DNA of 64,000 bases from Myxococcota bacterium (GTDB lineage: Bacteria; Myxococcota_A; UBA9042; PHBI01; JAWLBL01). The stretch is taken from contig JAWLBL010000021.1 in NCBI GenBank assembly GCA_041687695.1, forward strand, positions 70,325 through 134,324, given 5' to 3'. A program made the translations under genes and the position numbers. A model generated the notes under the pieces. It saw only the letters and a list, made by a program, of their open reading frames with translations, ran no database searches and was not told the DNA's origin. Shown piece by piece: positions 1 to 10,000 of this stretch; the first letter of the stretch is position 1, and each line of letters begins with the position of its first letter.

Positions 1-3000
1 ACGGCAACCGCCGCATCTTCGACTGCAAGGGGCTCCTCCTCCGCATCATCGACCCCCGCTTCCACGAGCTCGAGCTCATCTGGACCGGCTCGGTCGACCC
101 CCTGACGCGCACGCGTCGCTTGACGGCCATCATCGACGCCGCGGGCCAGACGACCGCGCTCTCGTGGATCGCGACGTCCGCGGGCGAGCGCATCGCCGGC
201 ATCACGGACCCCTACGGGCGCCAGGTGCGCTACGGGTACGCGGGCGGCGGCGAGCGCCTCGCCTCCGTGACGCTCCTCGCCGGGCCGAAGGGCGCGATCA
301 CGCAGACGCGCAGCTATCGCTACGACGACAGCGGCCGCCTCTCGGCGGTCATCGAAGCCGACGCGACGACCACGGCGCCGACGATGGTGGTCGAGTACGA
401 CTCCGACGGGAAGGTCGTCCGGCAGCGGCTCGGCCGCGACGCGGGCGACGAGGGTGCGGCCACGGGCGCCTACGCCGACGGCCGCGACGGGGCCACCTGG
501 GAGCTCGCCGACACGGAGGACGGGGTCGAGGTCGTCGCGCCCGACGGGGCCGTCCGTGCCTATGTGCTCGAGGCCCTGCCGGATGACGGCCCCAGGGTCA
601 TCGCGTCGGTGACCGTGACGCGTCCGGTGGCCGACGCCGCGACCCTCTCCGGGACCACCAAGCCCGCGCGGGTCGAGAGCGCGCTCGAGACGCGCTACGA
701 GCACGACGCCAACGGCCTCGTCACCGCCATGGAGACGCCGTCGGGGCGCCGGACGGAGATGTCCTGGGACACCCACGGCCACATGGTCGAGCGCCGCGTG
801 TTCCCGATGGGCGGCGGCGCGCCCGAGACGACCGGGTGGACGTACGAGGAGACGAGCGGCGCGCCCCACGCGAGCTTCCACTGCTGGGCGATGACCCAGG
901 AGGTCGATGCCGGCGGCGCCAAGACCACCCAGGGCTACTGGCCCTTCGATCCGGCCCAGCCCGGGCGCCGCTGCGAGACGGCGACGCGCACCCTGCCGCC
1001 GTCCAAGACCATCGACGGCGGGGTCGCGACCTTCGGCGAGCAGTACGACCACGTGGCGGACGGGCGCCTCCGCGGGCTCCTCGCCGAGCGGCGCGTCCAG
1101 GCCGGCGCGACGGTCGTCTCGCGCGTCCAGCGCCTCTGGGAGACGCCCGTCCCTGGCCCCGGCGACGCGGCCGGGGCCAGGAGCGGCAAGCTCCCCGTCG
1201 CCAAGCTCGGCCACCCCTCGGGCGTCACGACCTCCGGCGACCTCCCGGCCGCCGACTCCGGGCTCTGCGAGGGCGCGCTCCCGAGCGAGATCACGACCGA
1301 GATGACCACCGACGACCGCGGCAACGTCGTCGAGGTCCGGGACAGGCGCCTGGTCGCCTGCGACTTCCACTGGGAGTGCGAGGACGGCGCCTGCACGGAC
1401 GGGCAATGCGTCGCGACCATCACCACGGTCTCGACCTTCGATGCCAAGGACCGGCTCATCCGCGAGGTGACGGACCCGGACGGCATCCCCCAGACCGTCG
1501 ACTACACCTACGACGCGCGGGACCGCGTGGTCGCGACGCGGGCCAACATCGACGACGCGTTCAGCTCCTCGGCCGCCTCGCTGGGGTGCTCGGGGTGCTT
1601 CAACGGCGCCGCAGCGGTCACCGAGGCCGTGTACGACCGCATGGGCCGGATCTCGGCCGTCGTCCGCCGCGGCGACGACCAGGACGTCTTCGTGCTGACC
1701 GCCCACGACGGCCTCGGCCGACCGCGCTATCGCCTCTCGCCCGGCGCCGGCGCCGACGCGGCCGCCGTGAGCGCCCTCGTGAACAGCGCGACGTCGGGGA
1801 GCCCCGTCCACGAGCTCCTCGCCGCCCACGACGTCCCCTCGCTCGGCGACGCCAACTTCGAGACCGTGACGCCGGGCGACGACCTCCTGCTCAACCCGAG
1901 ATGGGTCCTCCGGACGCTCACCCACGACGCCGACGGGCACCTCCTGACGGTCGCCGCGACCGACGGCGCGGCCGCCTCGGACTGCGCGCCCTGTGACGCC
2001 TCGCATCACCAGCGGATCGAGCACTACTACGACGTCGACGGGCTCCTCGTCGCGACCGACGAGGGGCGCACCGACCGCGTCGGCCCGGACGGCGGGCGCG
2101 TCGTGGAGCACCTGACCTATGACGCCTCGCAGCGGCTCGTGAAGCGCCGCGTGCTCGACCCCGTCGGCCCGCCGGGGTGCCAGCCGGGTGTCGCCGTCCA
2201 GGAGGTCGCCTTCTCCGACCTCACCGCGCGCGGCTTCCCGCAGCGCATCGAGGTCCGCGGCCACTCGGCCGACGTGACGCTCGATCCGGCCACGGGGGCG
2301 GTGACCGAGGGACCCTGTGACACCGGGCGCCTCCTCGCGCTCGAGACCCGCGAGTACGACGCCCTCGGCCAGACCGTCGCCCAGACCGAGGCGCAGCTCG
2401 ACGGCTTCGGGCCCGAGGCCGACCCCACCGGCGCCCCGACCCGCACCCTCAGGATGGCCTTCGACCACGCCGGTCGCATGGTCGAGAGCTTCATCGAGGG
2501 GCCGGGCGGCGCGCGCCTCGAGCACGAGCGGCGCGTCTTCAGCTACCTCGGCTCGCCCTGCTGGGAGGGGCTGTTCTCGGAAGAGGGCGCGGCGCCGGGG
2601 GTCATCCGATCCACCCGCTTCTTCTATGATCTCGCCGGCCACCTCGCGCGCCGCGAGGAGCACCACCTCCCCGAGGCCGGCCACCAGGCCGTGGCCGTCG
2701 AGACCGGGCTCCGCTTCGATCGCCTCGGCCGCTTGCGCGACACGGTCGACGCGCTCGGTCGCGTCACCAGCCGGATGGTCTACGACACGCTCGGTCGCGT
2801 CCGTGGCTCACGCGACCTCCGCGGCACCTGGCGCGAGCTGCGCTACGACGCCCTCGGCAACACGATCCTGCACAAGGCGCACGCGAGCACGCCGCGGTCG
2901 ACGACGACCACCTGGCGCGGCGCCTACAAGCGGGCCGAGGCCGACGTCGTCGCTGGCCAGAACCGCGCCCTCCGTACGTTCTCGTATGCGCTCTCGGCCG

Positions 3001-6000
3001 ATGTCGTCCGCTCTCGCCCGGGCCCGGCCGACCTCGGCCTCGAGGCGGAGACGCTGCGCAACGAGGCGGGCCAGCCCTGGCGCGAGCGGACCCTCCGCGG
3101 CGCCATCGTCGAGAGCACCGTCGACGCGCTCGGCCACACGGTCGCCATCGTCGCGACGTCGCCCGAGGCCGGGGCGGCGACCCTCCCGAGCGGAGAGCCG
3201 CTCGTCACGACCGCCCGCCGGGAGCTCCGCTACAACGCGCTCTCTCAGCTGCGCCTCGCGCGGAGCTTCGCGGGGGACGACGCGCCCATCGCCACCATCT
3301 GGAGAGGCCACGACGCCCACGACAACCTCCGCTTCGAGGCGCAGTACCGGCACCCCGCGGCGGGAGGCCCGGCCGCTTACGCGCGCGTCGACGCCACCTG
3401 GGACGTGCGCGGGCTCCTCGGCACGCTGACGCAGGACGTCCCGGGCGGCGACCCGGTCGTGCTCACATACGCCCACGACGACGCCGGGCGCCTCCTCGGC
3501 CTCACGAGCGCCGCGGGCGCCAAGGGCATCTTCCGGGACAACCACCTCTCCGAGGTGGCCTACACCTACACGGGCGCGCTCCCCGTCGAGCGCGTCGTCA
3601 CCACGACCTCGACCTATCTCGCCGGCGCGACCACCAGCATCCGCTATCGCTACGACTACGACGAGCTCGGCCAGCGCTACCGCACGGAGATGCTGACCGG
3701 CGACGAGAAGCGGCTCTTCGAGGAGCGCCGCTACTGGCACGGGCCCGACGTCGTCCTGACGCGCGCCGCCTGGTTCAGGGACGGCGAAGAGCAGGGCGAC
3801 CTCGGCGCGGTGATGGACAACCTGGCCATGCAGGGCAAGAGCCACCTCGTCAGCAAGCCCTCGTTCAGCCTCTTCGCGCCCCTGTGGACCTACGACCAGT
3901 ACTTCGCCGACAACCCCGTCGACACCGTCTACACGGCCTCGATGTTCGACGACATGGGGCTCGCGACGCGCACCTTCACCACCATCTACCCGGCCTGGTC
4001 GGGCAAGCCCACGCTGCGCTCGACCTGGCGGACCTACGACGGCGATCGCCTGAAGTCCGAGCAAGCCATCGGCTGGGACCCCATCGACGGCAAGCCGACC
4101 GACGTCACGCACTATGCGCTGTCGTGGGACGGCGAGGGTTTCGCGAAGCCGGGCCTCGACCGCATCCGCCTCGCGACCCACCTCGTGGACAAGTCGGTCA
4201 CGCTCGCCTCGCTGCCTGGCTCGCAGCTCGATGTCGACCTCGGCGCAGGCACCATCGCCGGGGCCGCCGCGGACCGCACCGACACCTATCGCTTCGAGTA
4301 CACGGGGGGCCTCCTGCCGCTCCACGACGGCTGCGTCGGCGCGTCGTGCGATGGCCCCGACGCCGCGCCTCGTCACCGTTACCACTACGACGCGTTCGAC
4401 CAGCTCGTCGCGGTCGGCGCGCGCGAGCCCGACGCATGCCAGGCCCCGGGCCCCCTCGACAACGAGGTCTACCCCGTCGCCTCCGACTACCGCGTCGCCT
4501 GGGACGCCCTCGGCCGCCGCGCCTACGAGCGCTACTCGCTGCCCGCCGGCTGCGCGAGCGCCGCCTCGCAGCTGCAGGGCGAGGTCCCCCGCGGGTTCGT
4601 CTACTTCGACGACCAGCTCGTCGAGGAGCGCTTCGACGTCACCTGGGACACGACGCCCGGGACGGCGCTGTACGTCCATGGCGCCGACGACCTCGCCTTC
4701 AGCGCCATCATGTTCAAGCCGGGCGACCAGGCCCCCCACCAGGCGCACTACCACCCGATGGAGGACAGCGCGGGCATGCTGCTCGGCGTCCGCGACGACA
4801 ACAGCGGTCTCTTCCGAAAGCCCGGAGCCCCGGCGGGGGAGACCGAGATCCTGGAGACCAAGGACCGCGCCTGGTTCCGGAACTACCCGATGGTGCGCAT
4901 CAACCCGGCCGTCAGCTGGCCGCTCCGCCGCATGAGCGACAGCATGGAGACCATCGGCTTCGGCAAGCTCAGCTACGGGCCCGAGCTGGGCTACATCGCC
5001 GATCTCCGATCGAACCCGGAGGCCGACCGACACTTCGCGACCCAGCCGCTCGGCTTCTGGGGCTCGGTCGAGGCGGTCGGCTCATTCATCGTCGGCGCCC
5101 TCATCGCGCCCTTCTTCGACGCCGTCGAGCTGGTCCGGTCCGCCGCCGATCTCATCCGCGGCATCGGCGATGGCGCCTCGTGGAGCTCGCTCCAGCGGCG
5201 CGGCCAACGCTTCGGCAACATCGCCGGACAGATGGCGATGGACGTCGCGATCAGCGCCCTCACGGCGGGGATAGGCGGTGGGGCCGTGCGGGCCGTGCGC
5301 GCCGGCGCCAAGCGGGCGTCCAAGGCGGGGCGCGCGGTGCGGCGCGGGATGCTCGACCGGCAGGCGGTCAGGGATCCCGACGGGTTCCTCCGCAACATGG
5401 GCCTCACCCGGCGCGAGGTCATGGCTTTCCAGATGGCCAACGACGCGCTCGGCGGCGGGTTCGAGATCGCCATCCGCAGCTTCGGCAAGAAGGCCAAGAT
5501 GCGCCGCACCCACGTCGAGAACGGCGTCCTCGCCAAGCCGCTATGGCAAAAGGGCAAGACCTCCTCGAAGGACGCCCTCGTCGCCTGGAGCGACGGTCGC
5601 AAGATCAAGGCGACGGGCGACGTCGACCTCGCCTACGTGCTCAAGGACGGCAAGCCGGTCGGCCGGGACGCGGCCGAGTTCCGCAAGGCGTTCCGGGCGG
5701 CCTATCGGCGCCTCGATGGCCCGAACAACCCCACCATCAAGCACGGGCCGCACCTCGACCTCTCGCTCGTCCGCCCGGGCGAGCCCACGTTCAAGCGCGG
5801 GAGCGGGCTCGTCGAGCTCAAGCTCGATCCCACGAGCAGCCGCTATGACCCCACCGTGGCGCTCGACCCCGAGAAGGTCTTCCAGAGCGACAAGCAGATC
5901 AACGAGCTGCTCGGCCTCATCGGTCCGCCCGGACAGACCTTCTACCTGAGGTTCGACGCGAACGGCGTCCTCACCGCGGGTCAGCACTCGCTGACGGACG

Positions 6001-6086
6001 CGCGCTCGCTCCTCAGGCGCTTCGCGCCGGCGCGCGGCTGGCCGAAGTCGTGGTTCCGAACCACGACCAAAAAGTTCGACGAGTGA
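1..6086 (+). CDS. Rhs/YD-repeat family polymorphic toxin, 5'-truncated by the window edge; C-terminal ~400 aa variable (toxin-like) domain of unknown type
   Basis: The reading frame is open from base 3 (NRRIFDCKGLL...) with no stop upstream of the ATG at 120. Dozens of YD/Rhs repeats are present (RYRYDDSGRL, YTYDARDRV, YDALGN, RYRYDYDELGQRY). The divergent C-terminal tail follows the repeat core. Confidence 0.9.
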   Translation, partial: GNRRIFDCKGLLLRIIDPRFHELELIWTGSVDPLTRTRRLTAIIDAAGQTTALSWIATSAGERIAGITDPYGRQVRYGYAGGGERLASVTLLAGPKGAITQTRSYRYDDSGRLSAVIEADATTTAPTMVVEYDSDGKVVRQRLGRDAGDEGAATGAYADGRDGATWELADTEDGVEVVAPDGAVRAYVLEALPDDGPRVIASVTVTRPVADAATLSGTTKPARVESALETRYEHDANGLVTAMETPSGRRTEMSWDTHGHMVERRVFPMGGGAPETTGWTYEETSGAPHASFHCWAMTQEVDAGGAKTTQGYWPFDPAQPGRRCETATRTLPPSKTIDGGVATFGEQYDHVADGRLRGLLAERRVQAGATVVSRVQRLWETPVPGPGDAAGARSGKLPVAKLGHPSGVTTSGDLPAADSGLCEGALPSEITTEMTTDDRGNVVEVRDRRLVACDFHWECEDGACTDGQCVATITTVSTFDAKDRLIREVTDPDGIPQTVDYTYDARDRVVATRANIDDAFSSSAASLGCSGCFNGAAAVTEAVYDRMGRISAVVRRGDDQDVFVLTAHDGLGRPRYRLSPGAGADAAAVSALVNSATSGSPVHELLAAHDVPSLGDANFETVTPGDDLLLNPRWVLRTLTHDADGHLLTVAATDGAAASDCAPCDASHHQRIEHYYDVDGLLVATDEGRTDRVGPDGGRVVEHLTYDASQRLVKRRVLDPVGPPGCQPGVAVQEVAFSDLTARGFPQRIEVRGHSADVTLDPATGAVTEGPCDTGRLLALETREYDALGQTVAQTEAQLDGFGPEADPTGAPTRTLRMAFDHAGRMVESFIEGPGGARLEHERRVFSYLGSPCWEGLFSEEGAAPGVIRSTRFFYDLAGHLARREEHHLPEAGHQAVAVETGLRFDRLGRLRDTVDALGRVTSRMVYDTLGRVRGSRDLRGTWRELRYDALGNTILHKAHASTPRSTTTTWRGAYKRAEADVVAGQNRALRTFSYALSADVVRSRPGPADLGLEAETLRNEAGQPWRERTLRGAIVESTVDALGHTVAIVATSPEAGAATLPSGEPLVTTARRELRYNALSQLRLARSFAGDDAPIATIWRGHDAHDNLRFEAQYRHPAAGGPAAYARVDATWDVRGLLGTLTQDVPGGDPVVLTYAHDDAGRLLGLTSAAGAKGIFRDNHLSEVAYTYTGALPVERVVTTTSTYLAGATTSIRYRYDYDELGQRYRTEMLTGDEKRLFEERRYWHGPDVVLTRAAWFRDGEEQGDLGAVMDNLAMQGKSHLVSKPSFSLFAPLWTYDQYFADNPVDTVYTASMFDDMGLATRTFTTIYPAWSGKPTLRSTWRTYDGDRLKSEQAIGWDPIDGKPTDVTHYALSWDGEGFAKPGLDRIRLATHLVDKSVTLASLPGSQLDVDLGAGTIAGAAADRTDTYRFEYTGGLLPLHDGCVGASCDGPDAAPRHRYHYDAFDQLVAVGAREPDACQAPGPLDNEVYPVASDYRVAWDALGRRAYERYSLPAGCASAASQLQGEVPRGFVYFDDQLVEERFDVTWDTTPGTALYVHGADDLAFSAIMFKPGDQAPHQAHYHPMEDSAGMLLGVRDDNSGLFRKPGAPAGETEILETKDRAWFRNYPMVRINPAVSWPLRRMSDSMETIGFGKLSYGPELGYIADLRSNPEADRHFATQPLGFWGSVEAVGSFIVGALIAPFFDAVELVRSAADLIRGIGDGASWSSLQRRGQRFGNIAGQMAMDVAISALTAGIGGGAVRAVRAGAKRASKAGRAVRRGMLDRQAVRDPDGFLRNMGLTRREVMAFQMANDALGGGFEIAIRSFGKKAKMRRTHVENGVLAKPLWQKGKTSSKDALVAWSDGRKIKATGDVDLAYVLKDGKPVGRDAAEFRKAFRAAYRRLDGPNNPTIKHGPHLDLSLVRPGEPTFKRGSGLVELKLDPTSSRYDPTVALDPEKVFQSDKQINELLGLIGPPGQTFYLRFDANGVLTAGQHSLTDARSLLRRFAPARGWPKSWFRTTTKKFDE

Positions 6087-6306
6087 GCAGGCGGGGCGGC
6101 GCCTCCAGGACGGCGCCGCTCAGACCCGGCCGTGGTCGTCGCAGTGGTCGCCTTGCGCGCCGGAAGACCTCGCCAGCTCGCACCCCGTCGTGCACCGCTC
6201 GACCGTCGCCGTCCGGTGCGGGCAGGCGTCGTGGGAACGGCACGACAAAGGGATCACCTTTGTCTCGGCCCCTCCTCTAGCGCGGGCGCGTTCACCAAGT
6301 TCAGGC

Positions 6307-6873
6307 ATGACAGACGGCCTCCGTTCGAGCTGGCTGCTGCTCGGCCTGGCGGTCGCCGGTCTGGCCGGCGGCGCGGCGCTGTGGCTCGCCGGCGCGCCCG
6401 GGGCGGCCGACGCGCTGTGGCTGGGCGCGACGGCGGTGGCGTTCGTGCCGCTGGTCGTGCGGGTCACGCGCAGCGTCCTGAGGGGCGAGGCGGGGGTCGA
6501 CCTCATCGCCGTGCTGGTCTGGCCGGCGCGATGCTGCTGGGCGAGTACCTGGCCGGCGCCGTCATCGGGCTGATGCTGGCCAGCGGCCGGCTGCTCGAGC
6601 GGCGCGCCAGCGCGCGGGCCACGCCTCGGGCGACCGGCTCGACAGCGGCACGGTCAACGTCGGCCGCGCGTTCCGGATGCGCGCGACGGCGTCGGCCGCC
6701 GAGAGCACCTACGCCGGCGTCGTCCGGCTGGTCGCGTCGGCCCAGCGCGACAAGGCGCCGGTCGCCCGGCTGGCCGACCGCTACGCTGCGCTGTTCATCC
6801 CGTTCACGCTGGCGGTCGCCGCGGCGGCCTGGGCGCTGTCGGGCGACCCGGTGCGCGCCCTCGCCGCGCTGCG
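6307..6873 (+). pseudogene. Decayed partial duplicate of the 5' region (promoter + N-terminal ~1/3) of the P-type ATPase gene at 12907
   Basis: Near-identical to 12873-13690, including the 35 bp upstream of the ATG (ctctagcgcgggcgcgttcaccaagttcaggcatg). It carries a 1-nt deletion (~6525) and a ~220-bp internal deletion (junction ~6625), so the frame is destroyed. Similarity ends ~6875. Confidence 0.85.
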
Positions 6874-7028
6874 AGCCCGTCCGGCCGAGGTGGTGCAACG
6901 AGTGAAGGTGCGCGCGCGCACCTCGGGACCGCGCGCGCGCAGCGGTGGCGGGTGCGGCGACCGCGCCGCGGCGCCCCGGCGCCCTGGCATGGAACTGGCT
7001 ACTCGACCCGGTCACCGAGGAGGGAGCC

Positions 7029-10000
7029 ATGCAGCGCCAGGAGCACCGAAGCAGTCCAGAGGGAGCGCGCAGCGCGGAGGAGAGGTCGCCGCAGCGCGAG
7101 GCCGGGGACGGCGTGCGGGGGCAGCTGCGGGAGCTGCCGTCCTACGCGGCGCAGCGGGCGGCGCTGGTCCCCGGCGGGCCCATCCACCTGTCGCGGCGCC
7201 CGGGCGGCGCGGACGGCGGGCGGTCGCCAGCGGAGGCCTTCGGCCAGGCGACCAGCGGGCCGGCGCGCGAGCTGCCGCACCGCGGGGCGATGGAGCAGGC
7301 CTTCGGGCGTGACCTCGGCGGAGTGCGGGCCTTCGTCGGCGACCCGCAGGCCAGGGCCGGGCTGTCGGCGCTGGGCGCGTCGGGGGCGGCGTCGGGCGGT
7401 GACGTCGCCTTCGCCGACCCCAGCCCGTCCAGGGAGCTGGTCGCCCACGAGGTGACGCACGTCCTGCAGGGCGGCGGCGGCGTGCAGGCGAAGTCCGAGG
7501 TGGCGCCCGCGGGCGACGCCGCCGAGGTCGAGGCCGACCAGGTCGCCGCGCGGGTGGCCGCGGGGCAGCCGGCGGGCCCCATCGGGGCCGCCGGCGGCGG
7601 GCTGCGGCTGAAGAGGGCCCACCGGACGACGCTGGACGGCGGGAAGGTGCGGGCCGACGACGAGGACAAGACGCCGCTGCAGGTGGGCGAGCGCGATCCG
7701 GCGGACCCGAACGTCAGCGTCTCGACGAACGACCTCGGCGACGGGCGGGTGGTGGTCGGGACCGAGAAGAAGAGCGACGCGACCTTCGGGACCGCCTCGA
7801 CCCGCAGCGTGACGACCGACGACAAGGTGGAGGACCCCGTCGCGACGGGGAAGGCCCTGCTGGCCGAGATGAGGTCGGCCACCAAGGACATCGACGAGCA
7901 CCGGCTGCCCGAGCTCGAGGCGCGGAGAGAGCGGCTCGAGGCGGCGAAGGCGACGCCTGAGGGCTCGGCCGAGGCCAACGGGCCGCGGTTCGACGTGGAC
8001 GCCGAGCTGGCGGCGGTCGAGGAGGAGCGAAAGCGCCTCGTGGCCAAGAAGGAGCGCCTGGCGGCGCGCACGGAGGAGCTCGGCGAGCGCCTCGGCGACG
8101 AGGCGGCGGCGAAGGGTCTCACCGTCGAGGAGCTGAAGGCGATCTCGGCCGAGGTCGGCGGGACGAGCGTCGAGGTGGCCTACCGCAGCGAGGGGTCGCA
8201 GACCTTCGAGGAGGGCAGCGGCTTCGCGGTCGAGCACGACGGCGTGCGCATCGAGGGCGGGTCGCTGGTCTCGAAGACCGACGCCGACGGCAACCAGTCG
8301 GGCGAGGGCAAGCGCTACTCGGGCAAGATCGGGGTCAAGGACGGCAGGGTCGGCGGCGAGCTCGAGCAGAAGGCGGCCGACGGCTCGTCGGTCAAGGGCT
8401 CGTTCCACGCCAACGAGGACGGGGCGGCCGCCGAGGGGACCTGGGCGAAGGCCGACGGCCGCTCGACGACCGTGGGTGCGACGGTGGACAAGGACGGCGG
8501 GTCGGCGAGCTACGCCTCCAAGGGCGCCGATGGGGTGAGCCACGAGCTGGGGGCGCACCACAAGAAGGGCAAGGACGGCGCCGAGGACGAGTGGGGCCTG
8601 ACGGCGGGCCTCGGCAAGGCCGACACCGACGCCGACAAGAAGGCCGCGAAGGACAAGGACAACGTCGACGGCAACCTCGAGGCGACGCTGTCGACGACGC
8701 GCGTCGGCGGCAAGGGCGACCTCACGCTGCCGCGGTGGGGCGACGACGCGCGCAGCTTCACGTTCAGCTGCGGCGGCAGCGTCTACATCGACTGCACGGT
8801 GACGGTCTCTGCCAAGGGACCGCCGCCGAAGTACACGCTGGTGGCCAGGGCGCACGGCAGCATCTCGCCGGGCGGCACGCTCAACGGCGAAGAGGGCGGC
8901 GCCGGGGCGAGCGCGACGGCCAAGGTGACGCTGGCGCTCGACAAGACCATCACGCGGGTCTACGACGGCCCGAAGCTCGAGGCGCAGCTCGCGTGCTACC
9001 GCGAGCTCGAGCTGGCGCCGCCGAGCACGCTCGAGAAGTGGCGGCGGGGGCTGGGGCTGCTGGCGGACGAGGGGGCGCTCACGGAGGTGGGCGACAAGGA
9101 CGAGTCGGGCTCGTCGGCGGGCGTCGAGCTGGGCGCCTCGGGCGACGCCAAGCTGGGCGGCGTCGGGGTCGGGGCCAAGGCGAGCTACGAGGGGCAGCGC
9201 AGCGTCCGGCTGACCGAGGAGAAGATCGGGGCCGACAAGAACCGGATCACGGCGCACATCGCGACGGCGCAGGAGGTCTCGGGCGGGGCCTCGGCGTCCG
9301 TGGTGACGGGCGGCGAGGTCACCTACGAGTACGAGTGGGATGAGGCCGAGACGGTCGAGTTCGAGCTGTCGACCAGGGACCCGAAGACCTACGGGGCGAC
9401 CCTGCAGCGCATCCGCGAGGCGACCACGCGCGAGGAGCTCGACGCGCTGGCGATGGCGCTGGGGAGCACGGGCTGGACCTCGGCCGAGGGGCACAGCGAG
9501 ACCGTCGGCGGCAAGGGCACGTTCGAGCAGGACCTCGGGGGCGGGCAGAAGGTCGGGCTCGACGTCGGTGGCAGCAGCACGGACGCGTTCAAGAGCGAGA
9601 TCAGCCTGAAGGACGGCAAGATCGGCGCGAAGGGGTCGGGCACGCAGACGGACGAGCTCGCCGTGTCGTCGGCCGCCGGGACCGAGATGCTGGGGGTCGA
9701 GAACGTCCACGGCGGCGCGGCGAGCAGCGACGGGAGCGAGGCCTCGCTGGAGCTGTCGAGCAAGACCACCGAGAAGACGCCGGGCCTGGGCAGCGGCAAG
9801 AGCCTGGTCGGCGAGGTGATGGCCAGGTCGTCGATCATCGAAGGCGTCCGGTCCTACCTGACCAAGGAGGAGACGACGCTCTCGGGCACCGGCTACAGGT
9901 CGGCGGATGTCTGGCGCCTCGTCGGCTACGCCAGCCAGAAGGGCGTCTGGAGCGGCGCGGTCGGCGTGGCGCTCCCCGGCCCGCCCGCGCAGAAGGCCTG

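Noticed and set aside
164-5608. Many overlapping ORFs on both strands inside the Rhs gene (e.g. 164..586, 836..1996, 2317..3429, 2808..5033 -, 3884..5848)
   Set aside because: Arg/Pro/Ala/Gly-rich low-complexity translations typical of alternative frames in >70% GC DNA. The Rhs frame alone shows repeat-protein structure.
6132-7030. ORFs 6132..6905 +, 6190..6573 +, 6503..7030 -, 6677..7312 +, 6952..7455 +
   Set aside because: They lie on the decayed ATPase-fragment duplicate or are off-frame overlaps of the DUF4157 gene. No intact reading frame matches the ATPase paralogue.
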